Assembly: GCA_964016885.1 (NCBI GenBank)
Contig: OZ024744.1
Span: 33,294,001 to 33,358,000, forward strand
DNA length: 64,000 nt
Direction of reading: 5' to 3'
DNA from: Eledone cirrhosa
Taxonomy: Eukaryota
How positions within the stretch are numbered: position 1 is the first letter of the stretch; every line of letters begins with the position of its first letter. Under the pieces are notes generated by a model that did not search any database, was not told the DNA's origin, and saw only the letters and a program-made list of their open reading frames with translations. Shown here in pieces: positions 12,332-25,350 of the stretch. The translations under genes were made by a program, and so were the position numbers.

Positions 12332-15300
12332 TGGTGAAGCCACGCTTCTTATCACCTTCAGTTTTTTTCAACGTTTTACCTCTTTTTCAACCGTTTTAAA
12401 CATTTTATTCAAGTTTTAAATTTGATAAATGTTTAGAAGAAGTGACCCACCTAATACAGGGGTTCATTCGTAAATAATAAGGCACCACTTTGCGGGTGTC
12501 GTATTCGTATTTGTGTAAAAATATTTTTTTGAAGAATTTCAACATTGATAACACAAGAAAGAGAGAGAGCGCTGTCAGACAACACAGAGAGAGGGAGACT
12601 TTATCAGCATGTCAACAAGACAGCGTTCCAGCGGAGGTAAATATAAACGAAAATATTACAAAGGAAAAGAAGATTGTTACAGATTTAAAATTAACAAATA
12701 TTTCTAACACAAACAACACCAACAATAACACCAACAACATCACCAACAACAACACCAAAAATAACAACAGCAACAACAAAAATAACAGAGGTAAAGTCGA
12801 GAACGACAATAATAAAAATAACAGCGGTAAGGTCGAGAACGACAATAACAATGACAATAACAACAGCCACAACAACAATAATTGTAGGAACAGTATCAAC
12901 AAAAACAACAATAATAACAACAGCCACAATAACAGTAACAGCAGCAACAGTATCAATGAATACAACACCAACAACTATACCAACGAAAACAACAACAATG
13001 ACATCGATACCTGTAATAGCGACCTCAGCACCACCAGTAAGACCAGTAACGGCAGCAATAGTGGTGTTGCTGAAAAAGGGACCACTTCTTTTGCAGGTGT
13101 CGCCCGAAATATCGAGACAGTGTTAGTCACAGAGGACGAGATGGCAGTCGCAAGGGCCATGGTGACAAGAAGCGCAAATAGAGTTTCCCTGAAACCTCCA
13201 CCCGATTTTTTAAAGGACCAGCAGCTACGAACGGTGACTTACCGCACCGTAAGCAAAATCTCACATCGAGTGGAGAGAGTCACGGAGGCTCAAATCCAGA
13301 AGACCTTGGGGCGCGTCTGGGCACGCAAAACCCACATCACCCGAAGCAGAAAGTACGCCGCCACAGTAGACGTACTTTTCGCCACCCCCCAGGAAGCAAA
13401 GTCTCACGCTTTGGAAACCCTAAAAAGTGAGGAGATAGTCTTGGTGCCCTCCTACTGAGGGCAGAAAATTGTGAGGGTCAAAGTGACCCAGGTCCCACCC
13501 GACGTGCCCATACCTTAGCTGGCCGCGTCTGTTCTTGCTGGAATTGAGGACAGGGCCACCATGCTGCAAGTAGAAAAAATAGGGAGAGAGAACTGGTCAG
13601 GTATAGACATGCAAATGCTTATACAAACTGACCAGGAATGTATCGACGCTATCCCCGATATCATAGACATCGAGGAAGGACTCCAACTCCCTATAAGTGT
13701 AGTAGGAAGACGGCCAAAATGTGGGTCGAAAGGTCACCTCAGGGCCTTTTGCCCGCAGAAGACACCGAAGAGGGCCCCTCTCCTTCCAATACCTGGTCCG
13801 CTGCTACCAAGAGCAGGGCAGGCAACAAACGAAGAAGTCACTTCCACGGTGAGTAGGAGGGCAACGTCCGTAGCACCCGTACCAAGGCCACAGATAACTA
13901 AAGCAGCATCATCAGTAGCGGCAACACCAATAGCTACATTTGAAATAGCTACACCAGCAACAAAATAGCCGAAGAGGGTTCCACTACCAATCCGACATGG
14001 AGTTTGAGGCGGGAGTGACGTGGCAAACGGTCTGCCACAAAAAACAAAAAAAGGATAAACCCCTTAGATTCACCCTCCAAAAGCGAAGGCATACAAAGAG
14101 GGGTAAAGGCAGTAAGGAAACTTGCAGCAACACCACCACAAACACCAACAACGCAAACACAAGACACACACACCAAACAGAAACACGAAGAAAACAGCAA
14201 CAAAATCACCCCTCCCCCCAAAAAGTACACAGCCATAAACATAGCAAAAAAAGAATTCATACAATATATAAAGCAGCACACAGACATCACAGAAAAAAAC
14301 TACTCCACCCCACCAACACCAAGAACTCTCCCGACAAACATAAGCATCATCGAAATCTCAATAGAACAGTACAAACCTTTAAAACAAAAATTCCCCAACG
14401 CAGTTGGAAACTTCAGAGGGCCTGTTACCAAGAGGATATACACTGACATCCTATTGGAAACACCCATGACCAGCCGAAGGGACGGTTCTACTGCACCTTC
14501 ACCACACGATCAAGGTAAGTGACCCTTTCTCACTTGCCTCGTTTCTCATCCAACATGGCCGTACTCAGAATAGGCAGTATAAATGCACGTGGCCTGGGTC
14601 ATCTTGGAAGCAGGGTCACCTGCTCAACGACCTCAGGTCACTAAACATAGATGTGGTGGCCATCAGTGAGACCAGAATCTCCGAAGCACAAGCCTTCGCA
14701 CCGATCTTCGACGGCTACGATGTATACGAATCTCCTAGTCGTCCGGAATCGGGAGGAGGGGTTCCGTCCTTTTTCGGAGAGGCTTGGATCTCGCCATACG
14801 GGCCATCTTCCTGGACCCAGAAGGAAAGTCGGTGGTGCTGGAAGTGACCGGCAGCGAAGGCAATGCTTTCAGGATAGTAGCCGTCTACGCCCCAACAGGT
14901 CAGGACGGCCAGATTTCTTTAGACGTCTACTTCTTGGAACGTCCCGCTCTTTAGTGTTAGTGGGCGACTGGAACTGTATCTTAGATGCACGCTGGGATTA
15001 TGTGGAACTAGTAGATAGGGAGGGAGGGGTGTAAAAGCCTCAACAACCTGCTCAGACGTTTTGAAATGTCTGACTGGTATAGACTGGATTATCCGAATGT
15101 GCCAATGTGGAGATGGGCAAAGCGCATCGGCTCATCCAGATCGTATTTAGATAGGGTATTCGGTAAGGAAACAGAAAAGGCTAGTGTAGGTTGTCCACAA
15201 TTTAAAGTAGTCGACTACACGGACCACAAATTTGTGATCTGTTAAGTTGACTTAGACTCCATAGGCAAGGGCCCGGTTACTGGAATATGAACGCGTTGTT

Positions 15301-18175
15301 TCCGGTCCGCAATGCTTAGCGAATTAGTTACGCGTGCGTTGACGAGTGCGATCGTCAACAACAGGTGGTGGTTTACCCTGAAAAGGGCTATTAGAGTAGA
15401 ATCAATAAGGTTTAGCAAAGGAGGGGTGATAGAGGAAAATAGAGAAGAGGGAGAGCTAGTTAGAAAGCAAGAAGAGGCGTTTAGGACAGGCATCGCAACC
15501 GATGTGCTTGCGGCGAGATTGGCACTCGGCCAATTCTTAAACGCAAAGCATGAAGGCTGCGTTGTCAGAGCTAGAGTGCGTGCTCTGAGACAGGAGGGGA
15601 CGAAAGCCGTTCAATTGGCCCGGGTGGTGGAGGCGCTACGTGGCAACAAAGCCGCAATTCGGTCTTTGCCTGATCAAAACGGGCGCATGCTGCACGAACC
15701 CGAGCAGATGTGTGCGGCTTTTCAACAGCATTTTGCTCCATTGTTCGGGGGCGGCGGCGAGCTAGATTGGAGTATGGACTTCGGTGCATACCTCAACGGT
15801 CTGCCGCGGCTCAGGACGACCGCAGCGTTGTGCTGCGAAAAGCCGATAACAGCAGGTAAAATACGGGAAGTGATGTCTGACTGCACGAGGGGTAAATCGC
15901 CAGGTTTGGATGGTCTGCCCTACGAGCTTTATGCGTACATACCAGATTTGTTCGGCGACCGCTTAGCAGATGTCTACTGCAACAGGCAGCAGGACGGGAG
16001 CATTCCCAGTTTTGTGAGCCGGGGGGCAGTGGAGATGCTGAAAAAAGACCCGAACAAGGAGGACGTTATATACAACTTCAGGCCCATAACTCTGCTAAAC
16101 GAAGAGTTCAAGATTTTGGCCAAGGTGTTAGCAAAGAGATTGGCGCTTGTCGTCGGTGATCTGGTGGGAGAGGCACAGCCATGCGCCATTCCGGCCAGAT
16201 CCATCCATGAAAACCTCCATCTCATGCGATACATCATAGAGAGGGTGGTTAAGGAACCTGGAACGGGTGGGGCCCTGATCAACTTGGATAAATCTAAAGC
16301 ATTTGATAGGGTCAACCATCGGTACCTGGCAGCGGTCCTCGAGGCGACCGGCTTCGGGCCCATTTTTATGGGCTGGATCGCTGCAATGCACAGCGACACC
16401 TGCTTGATTGTGAGGGTGAATGGTCACCTGTCGCAGCCGTTCAGCATCATGCGCTCGGTCCGCCAGGGTTGTCACCTCTCGTCCATCTTGTACCTACTGG
16501 CCCTCGAGCGATTACTGCACAAATTGGAGACGATGAGGGGTGTCCCTCGCGAACTGGGATGCGGGAGATCCGTGTCGCCTTACGCTGACGACATCACCGT
16601 GGTGGTGTCGAGCACCAAACACGTCCAGAAGCTCGGCACCGCTCTCAAGGAATAGGAAGCGGTGACAAGAGCAAAGATAAACCAGGAAAAATCGGTTGGC
16701 TTGCAGCTCAGCGCCTGGAGAGTCAAGTCCATGCCGTCCGACAGCGTCGTGGGGACTCTGGACGGAAGGACAGGTTAAATTGCTCGGGGTCTGGTTCGGT
16801 CCAGACCTCCCGATGGGGAAAGACTGGAGCAAGGTGACGAGCAGATTGGCTTTTCTCACCCAGAAATGGGCCGAGAGGAGGCTGTCTCTAAAAGGTGGCG
16901 GATGCGTACATCGCTTTCGTCATCTGCTACCGCCTGACCATCGTACCTTGCCCCCGCCCAACTCTGTCCAAAATAGATAGCCTTCTCTTCGCGTTTTGTG
17001 GAAGAGACGTGCTCTCATGGTCAGACGATCAATCTGCTGTCAGCAACCGTTACGTGGAGGACTTGGCATGCCGTGGTTGTTGATGCGCAAACATGCGCTG
17101 ACGCTGCGACATCTCTAGTGCTTCCTTGGCAGTGAACAGGTGTGGTCGCCGTTTGCCAGACACGCTTTTACCCAGCTCGTATCCTTGACGGAGCTTCAGT
17201 CCTGGATCAGGAAAAGACCGAGGGATAGCGCTTGGAAGCTGGAATGTCTCTCTCCAAGCGCTCACTGCCCTTTACCAGCTGGGCACTGATATCGGTGGAA
17301 CATCCACCTCGGCGTTCTATAGAAGGCTAGTGGAGGGGGAGAGCGACGACGTTCTCGGGGAGACCCTGGGCGTCGAAGACGATCAGCTGTTCGCTCTCTT
17401 CAAGAGAACTTTCAGACCGGGTCTTATGGACAACTTCCAAAAATCCCTGGTCTGGTAGTGCTACCAGGGAGCGTTGCCGGTTCGGATTAAGCTCTAAAGG
17501 CACGGAGGTGCCGTCAGCCGAGCCTGTCCGAGATGCGTGCTGGGCGACGAAACCGTCCTGCACGCACTCGTTCAGTGCCCGAGCATTGCTGACTTGTGGA
17601 GCTATGTCGAACAGTTGCTGTCGCGTGTGGGACTGATCCGGTTATCGACTGAGTCCATTGTGCAGATAGCCCCGCCATCTTCCTTTAAGGAGGAGGAAGG
17701 GCAGGCAGTTTTCATCTGCCTGGTGGCCATGGCGAAAGAGATTGTGTGGTGGATAAGGTTGAAAGGGTTGAAGACTGATACTTTCCTCTCCGGCCAATCC
17801 CTGATTAACTTTTTCAAGTTTCACTTGAGGAGGAAAATCAGGGTGGAGAGGCAAATGCTGTCTTCTAGTAAGTTTGTTGAAAGGTGGGTGAAAGGGGCGT
17901 GTCTGGCCCGACTGAACCGGCCCCTTCTGAGTATGCGCCTGTATACTGAGGAGTGGGAACACTGAGAGAGGGCGCTTGCCCTGGTGGTCAGAGTCGCCGT
18001 GGTCTTTTGTGTGGTTTTCGCCACGTGGGACCTTCGGAGGCTTCCCCCCTATTTGGGGAATTTTTGTTGTTTTAATTTTTTTTTATTTGGTTTTACACAT
18101 TTCTGTCTTGTTATAACCTTTTTTACACGGCCAACACCCACTTTGTATCGTCCTGTACCGTTCTTTTTATGCCCA
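12332..18175 (+). mobile_element. L1/Tx1-clade LINE copy B, near full length, decayed, lacking the terminal tail
   Basis: ORF1 at ~12490-14520; ORF2 from ATG 14555 to ~17960 with LDKSKAFDRV, SVRQGCHLS, YADD. Directly tandem to copy A across an (ATT)n tract. Confidence 0.93.
14555..17965 (+). pseudogene. Tx1-B ORF2 (APE-RT), multiple stops and frameshifts
   Basis: ORF track 15312-16655 contains the RT motifs; flanking pieces match Tx1-A ORF2. Confidence 0.9.
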
Positions 18176-18487
18176 TCGGCTCGTTCAAATATGGATTTAC
18201 GTGAAGAAAAAACCAAGACATTTGTCCGTAATTGCTGAATTTTAGTTGCTTAAATAAAGATATATGGTATTTGTAAAAGCCTAGCTCTGAATTGAAAAGC
18301 TGACCGGCAGCGCCGTCTAGCGGATTCCATCAGAAGCAGCAAAGGATAACTGCCTATGCAGTTTGAGCTCTGGTTCTCATCGCGACAAGCTTTTCCTTGC
18401 TCTCTGCTGGAACTTCAAACAAGCGAAAATATATGTGAATTCCGTGTATCTTTAGATATACGAAATTCACATACATGAATATATACA

Positions 18488-18634
18488 CAGTAAAATTCTG
18501 TTATAACGAAATTCACGGGGTATTAAAAAATTCGTTGTAACGAATTTTTTTTTATAACGGGATCGACGTAATGCATTGAGTATGTGGCCAGGGATTGAAA
18601 AAATGTCGTTATACAATATAACGGAATTTTACCT
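18488..18634. mobile_element. Possible pogo/Tc1-mariner-type MITE remnant
   Basis: cagtaaaattctgttataacgaa at left; imperfect reverse complement tataacggaattttacc at right; internal ttcgttgtaacg / ttataacg repeats. Confidence 0.4.
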
Positions 18635-18659
18635 ATGAATATATATATATATACCAATA

Positions 18660-19200
18660 AAATTTCAGCGAGATCGTATTTCGGCGGTGACCAAAACAAA
18701 ACGAAACGCAATCTTCGAGAAATGCCAGCAAGCGCTCAATGGCCTAAGAAGAAACCAGAGCAATTAACGTTATAAAGCCAGATAAAATGAAAACAGTGGT
18801 TGTGAAGTTGGCAGCCACCGTAGCCGGAAAAACGAATCAAGCTAAACAGGTTAACAAATAATTACCTGGACCATCCCGGAAAGTGGTGGTAAAATCCAAT
18901 GGGAGGTTTCTGTGACTTCTAAACCAAGTATACTGACAGCTTTTGTAGTAATATTTTGGTATAACGATCGAACAAGGTAGCCATTTCGTCAACAGTTTTT
19001 CTGTTCTCAGCCGCCTACCGGATTCCAATGAAGTAGCAGTTAAATGACTACCCCACGTGTTTACCCTGCAAGGGAGGTAACAGCGGTTTTTGGCGGGTGC
19101 ATTCAAAATGTGTAAAGGAATTGCAAAAAATTGCCATGAACTGCACAAATCGAAGTAAGCTCTTGACAGGGTTGTTTTTAAAATAAGCTTAAGCAATTAA
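18660..19200 (+). mobile_element. Highly degenerate PLE-like RT N-terminal remnant (tentative)
   Basis: Translation INVIKPDKMKTVVV at ~18762-18805 resembles the PLE DKG motif. It lies directly upstream of the tandem hammerhead repeat. Confidence 0.35.
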
Positions 19201-19285
19201 TCAGTCAATAGAATTGTATAATTGAATTAACTATTTAATTGCTAGGCCCGGGAGATTAATACAAATATATAAACACACATAGTTA

Positions 19286-19383
19286 AATCTTCTCCCTTGC
19301 TGAACATCCGAAATTTGACTACTGTGAGTTTACGGATTAATGGTGAAATATATTTCTTTAATAAAATATATACAAGGAAGATT
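19286..19383 (+). ncRNA. Type I hammerhead motif, G8 mutated (CTGAACA)
   Basis: ccttg CTGAACA..long stem II..GAAA tatattt..aaatata TA caagg. Confidence 0.65.
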
Positions 19384-19818
19384 AATTAATTTAAAAGGTA
19401 TCTATATTTGAAGCTCTAGTTAAACTTTAATTAGTTACCTACCTAGCTGTGTGTGCTTACACACTTTACAAATTATACCCTGTGATTGTTTCATATGTTT
19501 ATTTTAGATATATATATATGTCAATCAATTTCTAGTTGATATAAAATGCTCGGATCTATTCATTGGAATCTTTGAGCATATTCTACAGTGGATATGGCGC
19601 ATGTCTCGGACATGATCCCCCTAATTTAATTTTGGATATATATACGGCCCCTTAATTGTAGATATACTCAGTTGAAAGGACTCGGCTGATATTTCTAGCT
19701 GTCGATAATCCTATTCACGCCACTTGGATGACGCTAGTACGATGTGTGTAGTTTTGAAAATGCAACACGTGCGACGGGTCATTCGCAGATTTACATTTGA
19801 TGTGTAAACACATAGTTA

Positions 19819-19916
19819 AATCTTCTCCCTAGCTGAAGATACGGGATTTGACTACTGTGAGTTTACGGATTAATGGTGAAATATATTTCTTTAATGAAAT
19901 ATATACAAGGAAGATT
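19819..19916 (+). ncRNA. Type I hammerhead motif with long stem III
   Basis: CTGAAGA 19833-19839, GAAA 19878-19881, 9-bp stem III atatatttc/gaaatatat, predicted cleavage after 19905, stem I cct(a)g/caagg plus tctt/aaga. Confidence 0.75.
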
Positions 19917-20091
19917 ATTCATTTTAAAAGGTAATATTTGAAGCTCTAGTTAAACATTAATTAGTTACCTACCTAGCTGTGTGTGCTTACACACTTTACA
20001 AATTATCCCCTGTGATTGTTTCATGTTTATTTTAGATATATATATATGTCAATCAATTTCTAGTTGATATTTATATATATATATATATATA

Positions 20092-20338
20092 ACCAGTCTG
20101 TCGGGCGCCAGTCAGCGCCGCTGGTCACAGCACGTCGTGCTGTTTTAGCCATAAGATAACGCCATCCCACTGGCTGGGCGGGCAAGCCGGTACTCATTTC
20201 TACAGCTGAGTAAACTGGAGCAACGTGAAATAAAGTGTCTTGCTCAAGAAAACAACACATCACCCGGTCCGAGAATTGAACTCACAACCTTTCGATTGCA
20301 AGCCCAATGCTTTAACCACTAAGCCATGCGCATTCACA
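20092..20338 (-). mobile_element. tRNA-derived SINE family B (CORE-like central domain)
   Basis: Minus strand: A box tggcttagtgg, B box gagttcaattc, then tgttttcttgagcaagacacttt. Flanked by (TA)n. Confidence 0.8.
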
Positions 20339-20468
20339 TATATATATATATGTATATATATATGTATATATATGTACATATATATGTATATATATATAAA
20401 CATACATATATATATATATATACACATACATATACATATATATATATATATGTGAAGGTGCATGTATA

Positions 20469-20510
<42 letters not shown>

Positions 20511-20559
20511 CATATATATAAACATATATATATATATATATACATACATATACATACAT

Positions 20560-21015
20560 ATATGGTGGCTGCCAACTCGTTTTCGAGTACGGCCACTACT
20601 TTATATCCATGTAGGAGAACCCCTACCGATGGACTGAACGAGTGAACTTTTTAGTCCAGCCAGTGACTTGAAAACTCTGGTACAAACACTACACTTGTGA
20701 CAATTATTGACACATAGTGCTGGGCCCATGGTACCATGTGACGACAAGTGCAGGGAGATCTCCAGATACAAAGCAATGCCTGTGCCGTGAAGCTTTTATA
20801 GTGAGCAAAGTCACTGCACAAAGCCAGTCCCACTCTCTTAACCAAGATGATATTTACCAAAAAGAAGAACAAGTCAACATCATTGGATACCATCAGTGTT
20901 GCAGGTGTTATATCAGAGTTTTCCTTCTCCTAGAATTCTGCCTTGACAAAGGCTACGGGGTCATCTCTCCCGGTGATTTTGGATGGCCATTCACTCTTAA
21001 GAGCTCCTTTGCCCT
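20560..21015 (-). mobile_element. RTE-clade LINE 3' fragment
   Basis: 20560-20740 is nearly identical to the 3' UTR of the RTE at 35276-35445. Ends in (TATG)n. Confidence 0.75.
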
Positions 21016-21345
21016 TTGATATATACATATATACATAGATACATATATATGTACATATATACATACATATATATATATATATACATACATATACATACAT
21101 ATATATATACATACATATATATGCATATATATATACATACATATATATACATATATATATACATACATATATATACATATATATATACATACATATATAT
21201 ATATACATATATATATATACATATATATACATACCTATATATATATAACAAATTCAGAAACGATATATATATATACATATATATATACATACATACACAC
21301 ACATACACACACACACATCCTTAATCTATTTTATTTCTCATTCTT

Positions 21346-21381
21346 TCTTCTGATGAAGGATTAGCGTCCGAAACGTTAAGA
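21346..21381 (+). ncRNA. Minimal type I hammerhead (PLE-type, palindromic stem III)
   Basis: tctt CTGATGA a gga ttagcg tcc GAAA cg TT aaga. Contains the AACGTT palindrome; stem I tctt/aaga. Confidence 0.75.
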
Positions 21382-21467
21382 CCCTCTTCCTGCTATATCA
21401 AGCGTTAACCTAATTTATTCCTTCCATATACTGTACCGATCGTGCTGTTATTTCTGTTTACCTTTTT

Positions 21468-21495
<28 letters not shown>

Positions 21496-21499
<4 letters not shown>

Positions 21500-21671
21500 T
21501 GTTATGCTTTGGGAGGGTCATGTTGCCAATAAGAAACACACGCACCAGTTGATTTCACTCCAATTCATTATAAATTTCCGGTTGGTTGGTTGGTTCCAAT
21601 AAATTGGAGTGAAAGTAACTGGTGCGTGTGTTTCTTATTGGCAACATGACCCTTCCAAAGCATAACAATAT
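21496..21671. repeat. Foldback inverted repeat, ~70-bp arms (21496-21565 / 21602-21671)
   Basis: Visible reverse-complement arms. One arm recurs at ~45665-45720, also next to (TA)n. Confidence 0.88.
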
Positions 21672-22591
21672 CGGTTTCAACACACGTTTTCAGATAAAGA
21701 ATCTTGCTAAACAAATTCAGAAACGAAATATATATGTATATATATATATATGTATATATATAGGTGTGTGTGTGTGTGTATTTATGTTCATATAATATGT
21801 TTCAAAAATATGTTTTCCGTCTTATATTTTGACATATCTTTCACTCATCATTTCAAATAGCTCATCTCCTTTTTATTTCTTTATCTTTTTCATCTATCTT
21901 TCGTTTCTTTGAATTTTTATTACAGTTTATAACTTCGGTGTTGCTTTTAACTGTTGCTATAATAGTTTTTCTAGTGGCTGTCACTACACTTTGCTAGCGC
22001 TGTGGTCCGTTGTTGTTCTTATTGTTGGTGTTTTACTTTATATTATTGTTCCTGTTACTGTTGCTGTAATTTGTGTTGTGTAAATAATCGTGATGTTGTG
22101 ATGGGTTTTTATTCTTGTTGTTGTTGTTGTTGTTGTTGTTATATCAATTACCATTTATCATTGTCGTTGTTGTTATTGTTGCTATTTGTGATGTTGTGGC
22201 TTTATGCCGTTATTGGTGGTGCTGTTGTTCGCGTTACCGTCACAGCTAGTTGTTTTGATAATTGTTGCTGTTGTTATTGTTGTTATCATTGTTTCTGTTA
22301 TTGCTATTGTTATTTCTATTCTACTTGTATTTATTGTTTATGTTATGGTTGTTGTTGTTGTTGTTGTTTTGAAATGTTGTTGTTATTCTTGTTATAGTTG
22401 TCTGCATTGTCATCGTTGAAGAGTTGCCGCTAGTGCAGCTGCCGTTGCTGCTGTTGCTGCTATTGTGGTTGCTGTTGTTGTTGCTCTTGCTGCTGTTGCT
22501 GTTGCCGTTGTTAACTTTGAGCTTAATATACAAATGCAATTTCATAAATTGTAAATATATTAATATTCATGATGATGATGATGATGGTAAT

Positions 22592-22782
22592 AATTGTTTC
22601 TACTTTTTGGCACAAGGCCAGCAATTACCCAGTACATTACTGGTACTTTATTATATCGACCCCGTAAGGATGAAAGGCAAAGTTAACCTCGACGGGATAT
22701 GAACTCAGAATGGCAAGAGCTGTAACTCTATGTGTCAAAGCATGGCGTCCGACCCTCTACCGATACTGCCAATTCACCGCCC
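22592..22782 (-). mobile_element. SINE family A copy
   Basis: Reverse complement of 6564-6748. Confidence 0.9.
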
Positions 22783-22803
22783 TATGTTGGTAATAATAAT
22801 AAT

Positions 22804-24948
22804 GATTTCTTTATTAGCCACAAGGGCTGACATCAAGAAAAACATTACAGACAGCACAGGACGGCACAGGACGGTAAGATGTGTGTTTTGTGCGTGTAAA
22901 TATTTTTATTATTTATATAAGAAAAGAAAAAAGACATAAAACATATATATATATAAACATTAAAAATGAAAATTGAAACAATGAAAAATTCCCCAATAGG
23001 GAGGAAACCTCCGAGGGTTACTCGTGGCGAAAACCACACAAAAGACCACGGCCACCCTGACTACCAGGACAAGCGCCCTCTCTCAATTTTTCCATCTCTC
23101 AAACTACAGACGTATATTCAGAGTGGTCCCGTTCACTCGGACCACTCTCGCTACATTCACCCACCTTTCAACAAACTTGCTAGAAAGCAGCACTTGCCTC
23201 TCCACTCTGATTTTCCTCTTCAAGTGTAACTTGAAAAAGTTAGTTAGGGATTCGCCGAAGAGGAAAGTGTCTGTCTTTAACCCTTTCAACCTTGTCCACC
23301 ACACAATCTCTTTCGCCATGGCCACCAGGCAGATGAAAACCGCCTGCCCTTCCTCCTCGAAGGAATACTCAGTCGACAACCGGATCTGTCCCACACGCGA
23401 CAGCAACTGTTCGACATAGCTCCACAAGTCAGCAATGCTCGGGCACTGAACGAGTACGTGCACGACGGTTTCGTCGCTCTGCGCGCATCTCGGACAGGCT
23501 CGGCTGACGGCACTTCCGTGCCTGTAGAGCTTATCTCGAACCGGCAACGCTCAACGGTAGCACTGCCAGGCCAGGCATTTTTGGAAGTTATTCATAGGCC
23601 CCGGGCTGAAAATTCTCCGGAAGAGAGCAAACAGCTGATATTCTTCGACGCCCAGGATCTCTCCGAGAATGTCGTCGCTCTTCCCCTCCACTAGTCCTCT
23701 ATAGAACGCCGAGGTGGATGTTCCACCGATACTGGGGCCCAGCTGGCAGAGGGCAGTGAGCGCCTGGAGACATTCCAGTTTCCAAGCGCTATTCCTTGGT
23801 CTTTTTCTGACCCAGGACTGCAGCTCTGTCAAGGAGACGAGCTGTGGGAAAACGTGCCTGGCGAACGGCGACCACACCTGTTCACCTTCAAGGAAGCACA
23901 CCAGAGATGTCGCAGCCTCAGTGCATGTTTGCACATCATCAGCCATGGCTTGCCCAGTCCTCCACGCAACGGATGTTGATAGCAGATGGATCGTCTGACC
24001 ATGGGAGCGCGTCCCTTCCACAAAAAGCGGAAGAGGAGGCGCTCCATTTTGGTGAGAGTTGGGCTGGAGCAAGGGACGACGGTGAGGCGGTAGCAGATGA
24101 CGGATTCGATGTACTTATTCGCCACCTCCACCCGGCCTTTCAGGGACAGCTTCCTCTCGGTCCATTTCTGGGTGAGGGAGCCACCCTGCTCGTCACCTCG
24201 TTCCAGTTTTTCTCCACCTGGAGGTCCGTCCAACGCCCCACGACGCTGTCGGACGGCATGGACTTGCCTCTCCAGGTGCCGAGCTGCAAGCCCGCCGACT
24301 TTTCCTGGTTTATCTTTGCTCCTGTCACCGCTTCGTATTCCTTGAGAGAGGTGCCGAGCATCTGGACGTGTCTGGTGCTGTACACCACCACGGTGATGTC
24401 GTCGGCGTAAGTCGACTCGGATTTCCCGCATCATAGTTCACGTGGGACGTCCTTCATCACCCCCAGTTTGTGCAGTAACGGCTTGAGAGCCAATACGTAC
24501 AAGAGAGACGAGAGGGGACAACTCTGGCGGACCGAACGTATGATGTTGAATGGCTGCGACAGGTGACCATTCCCCTCACAACTGAGCAGATGTCGCTGTA
24601 CATTGCAGCGAGCCAACCCCTGAAAATGGGCCCGAAAACGGCTGCCTCGAGGACCGCCGCCTGGTACCGATGGTCGACCCTATCGAATGCTTTGGATTGA
24701 TCCAAGTTGATCAGCGCCCCGCCTGTGCCAGGTTCCTTAACCACCCTCTCTATGATGTATCCCATGAGGTGGAGGTTGTCGTGTATGGATCTGTCCGGAA
24801 TGGCGCATGTCTGTTCCTCTCCCACCAGAACCTTGACCACAAGCGCCAACTCTGCGTTTAGCAGGGTTACGGGCCTGAAATTATCGATAACATCCCCCTT
24901 GTTCGGGTCTTTTCTCAGCAGCCCCACCGCTCCCCGGCTCACAAAACT
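22804..24948 (-). mobile_element. 5'-truncated L1/Tx1 LINE copy C
   Basis: RT motifs LDQSKAFDRV, YADD and CPRC..HVLVQC; intact tail cccttgtggctaataaagaaatc. (AAT)n on both sides. Confidence 0.93.
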
Positions 24949-24963
24949 AATAATAATAATAAT

Positions 24964-25350
24964 AATTTTTTCTACTTTTGGCACAAGGCCAGCAATTACC
25001 CCAGTGTATTACTGGTACTTTACTTTATCGACCCCGTAAGGATGAAAGGCAAAGTTAACCTCGGCGGGATTTGAACTCAGACCATAAAGGGACGTAACTC
25101 TTTGCTGCAAAGCATGGCGTCCGACCCTCTACCGATACTGCAATAATAATAATAATAATAATTGTTTCTACTTTTGGCACAAGGCCAGCAAATACCCTGT
25201 GCATTACTGGTACTTTATTTGATCAACACCGTAATACCAATAATAATAATAATAAAAATTGTTTCTACTTTTGGCACAAGGCCAGCAATTACCCAGTGCA
25301 TTACTGGTACTTTATTTTATCGACCCCGTAAGGATGGAAGGCAAAGTTAA
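24964..25350 (-). mobile_element. Three tandem SINE family A copies (one near full, two partial) separated by (AAT)n
   Basis: Copies at 24964-25142, ~25160-25232 and ~25258-25350. Confidence 0.88.

Larger units (their letters stand above)
19272..20070 (+). repeat. Partial tandem repeat (533-bp period, ~1.5 units), each unit carrying a hammerhead
   Basis: 19272-19543 is repeated at 19805-20070. Confidence 0.92.
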
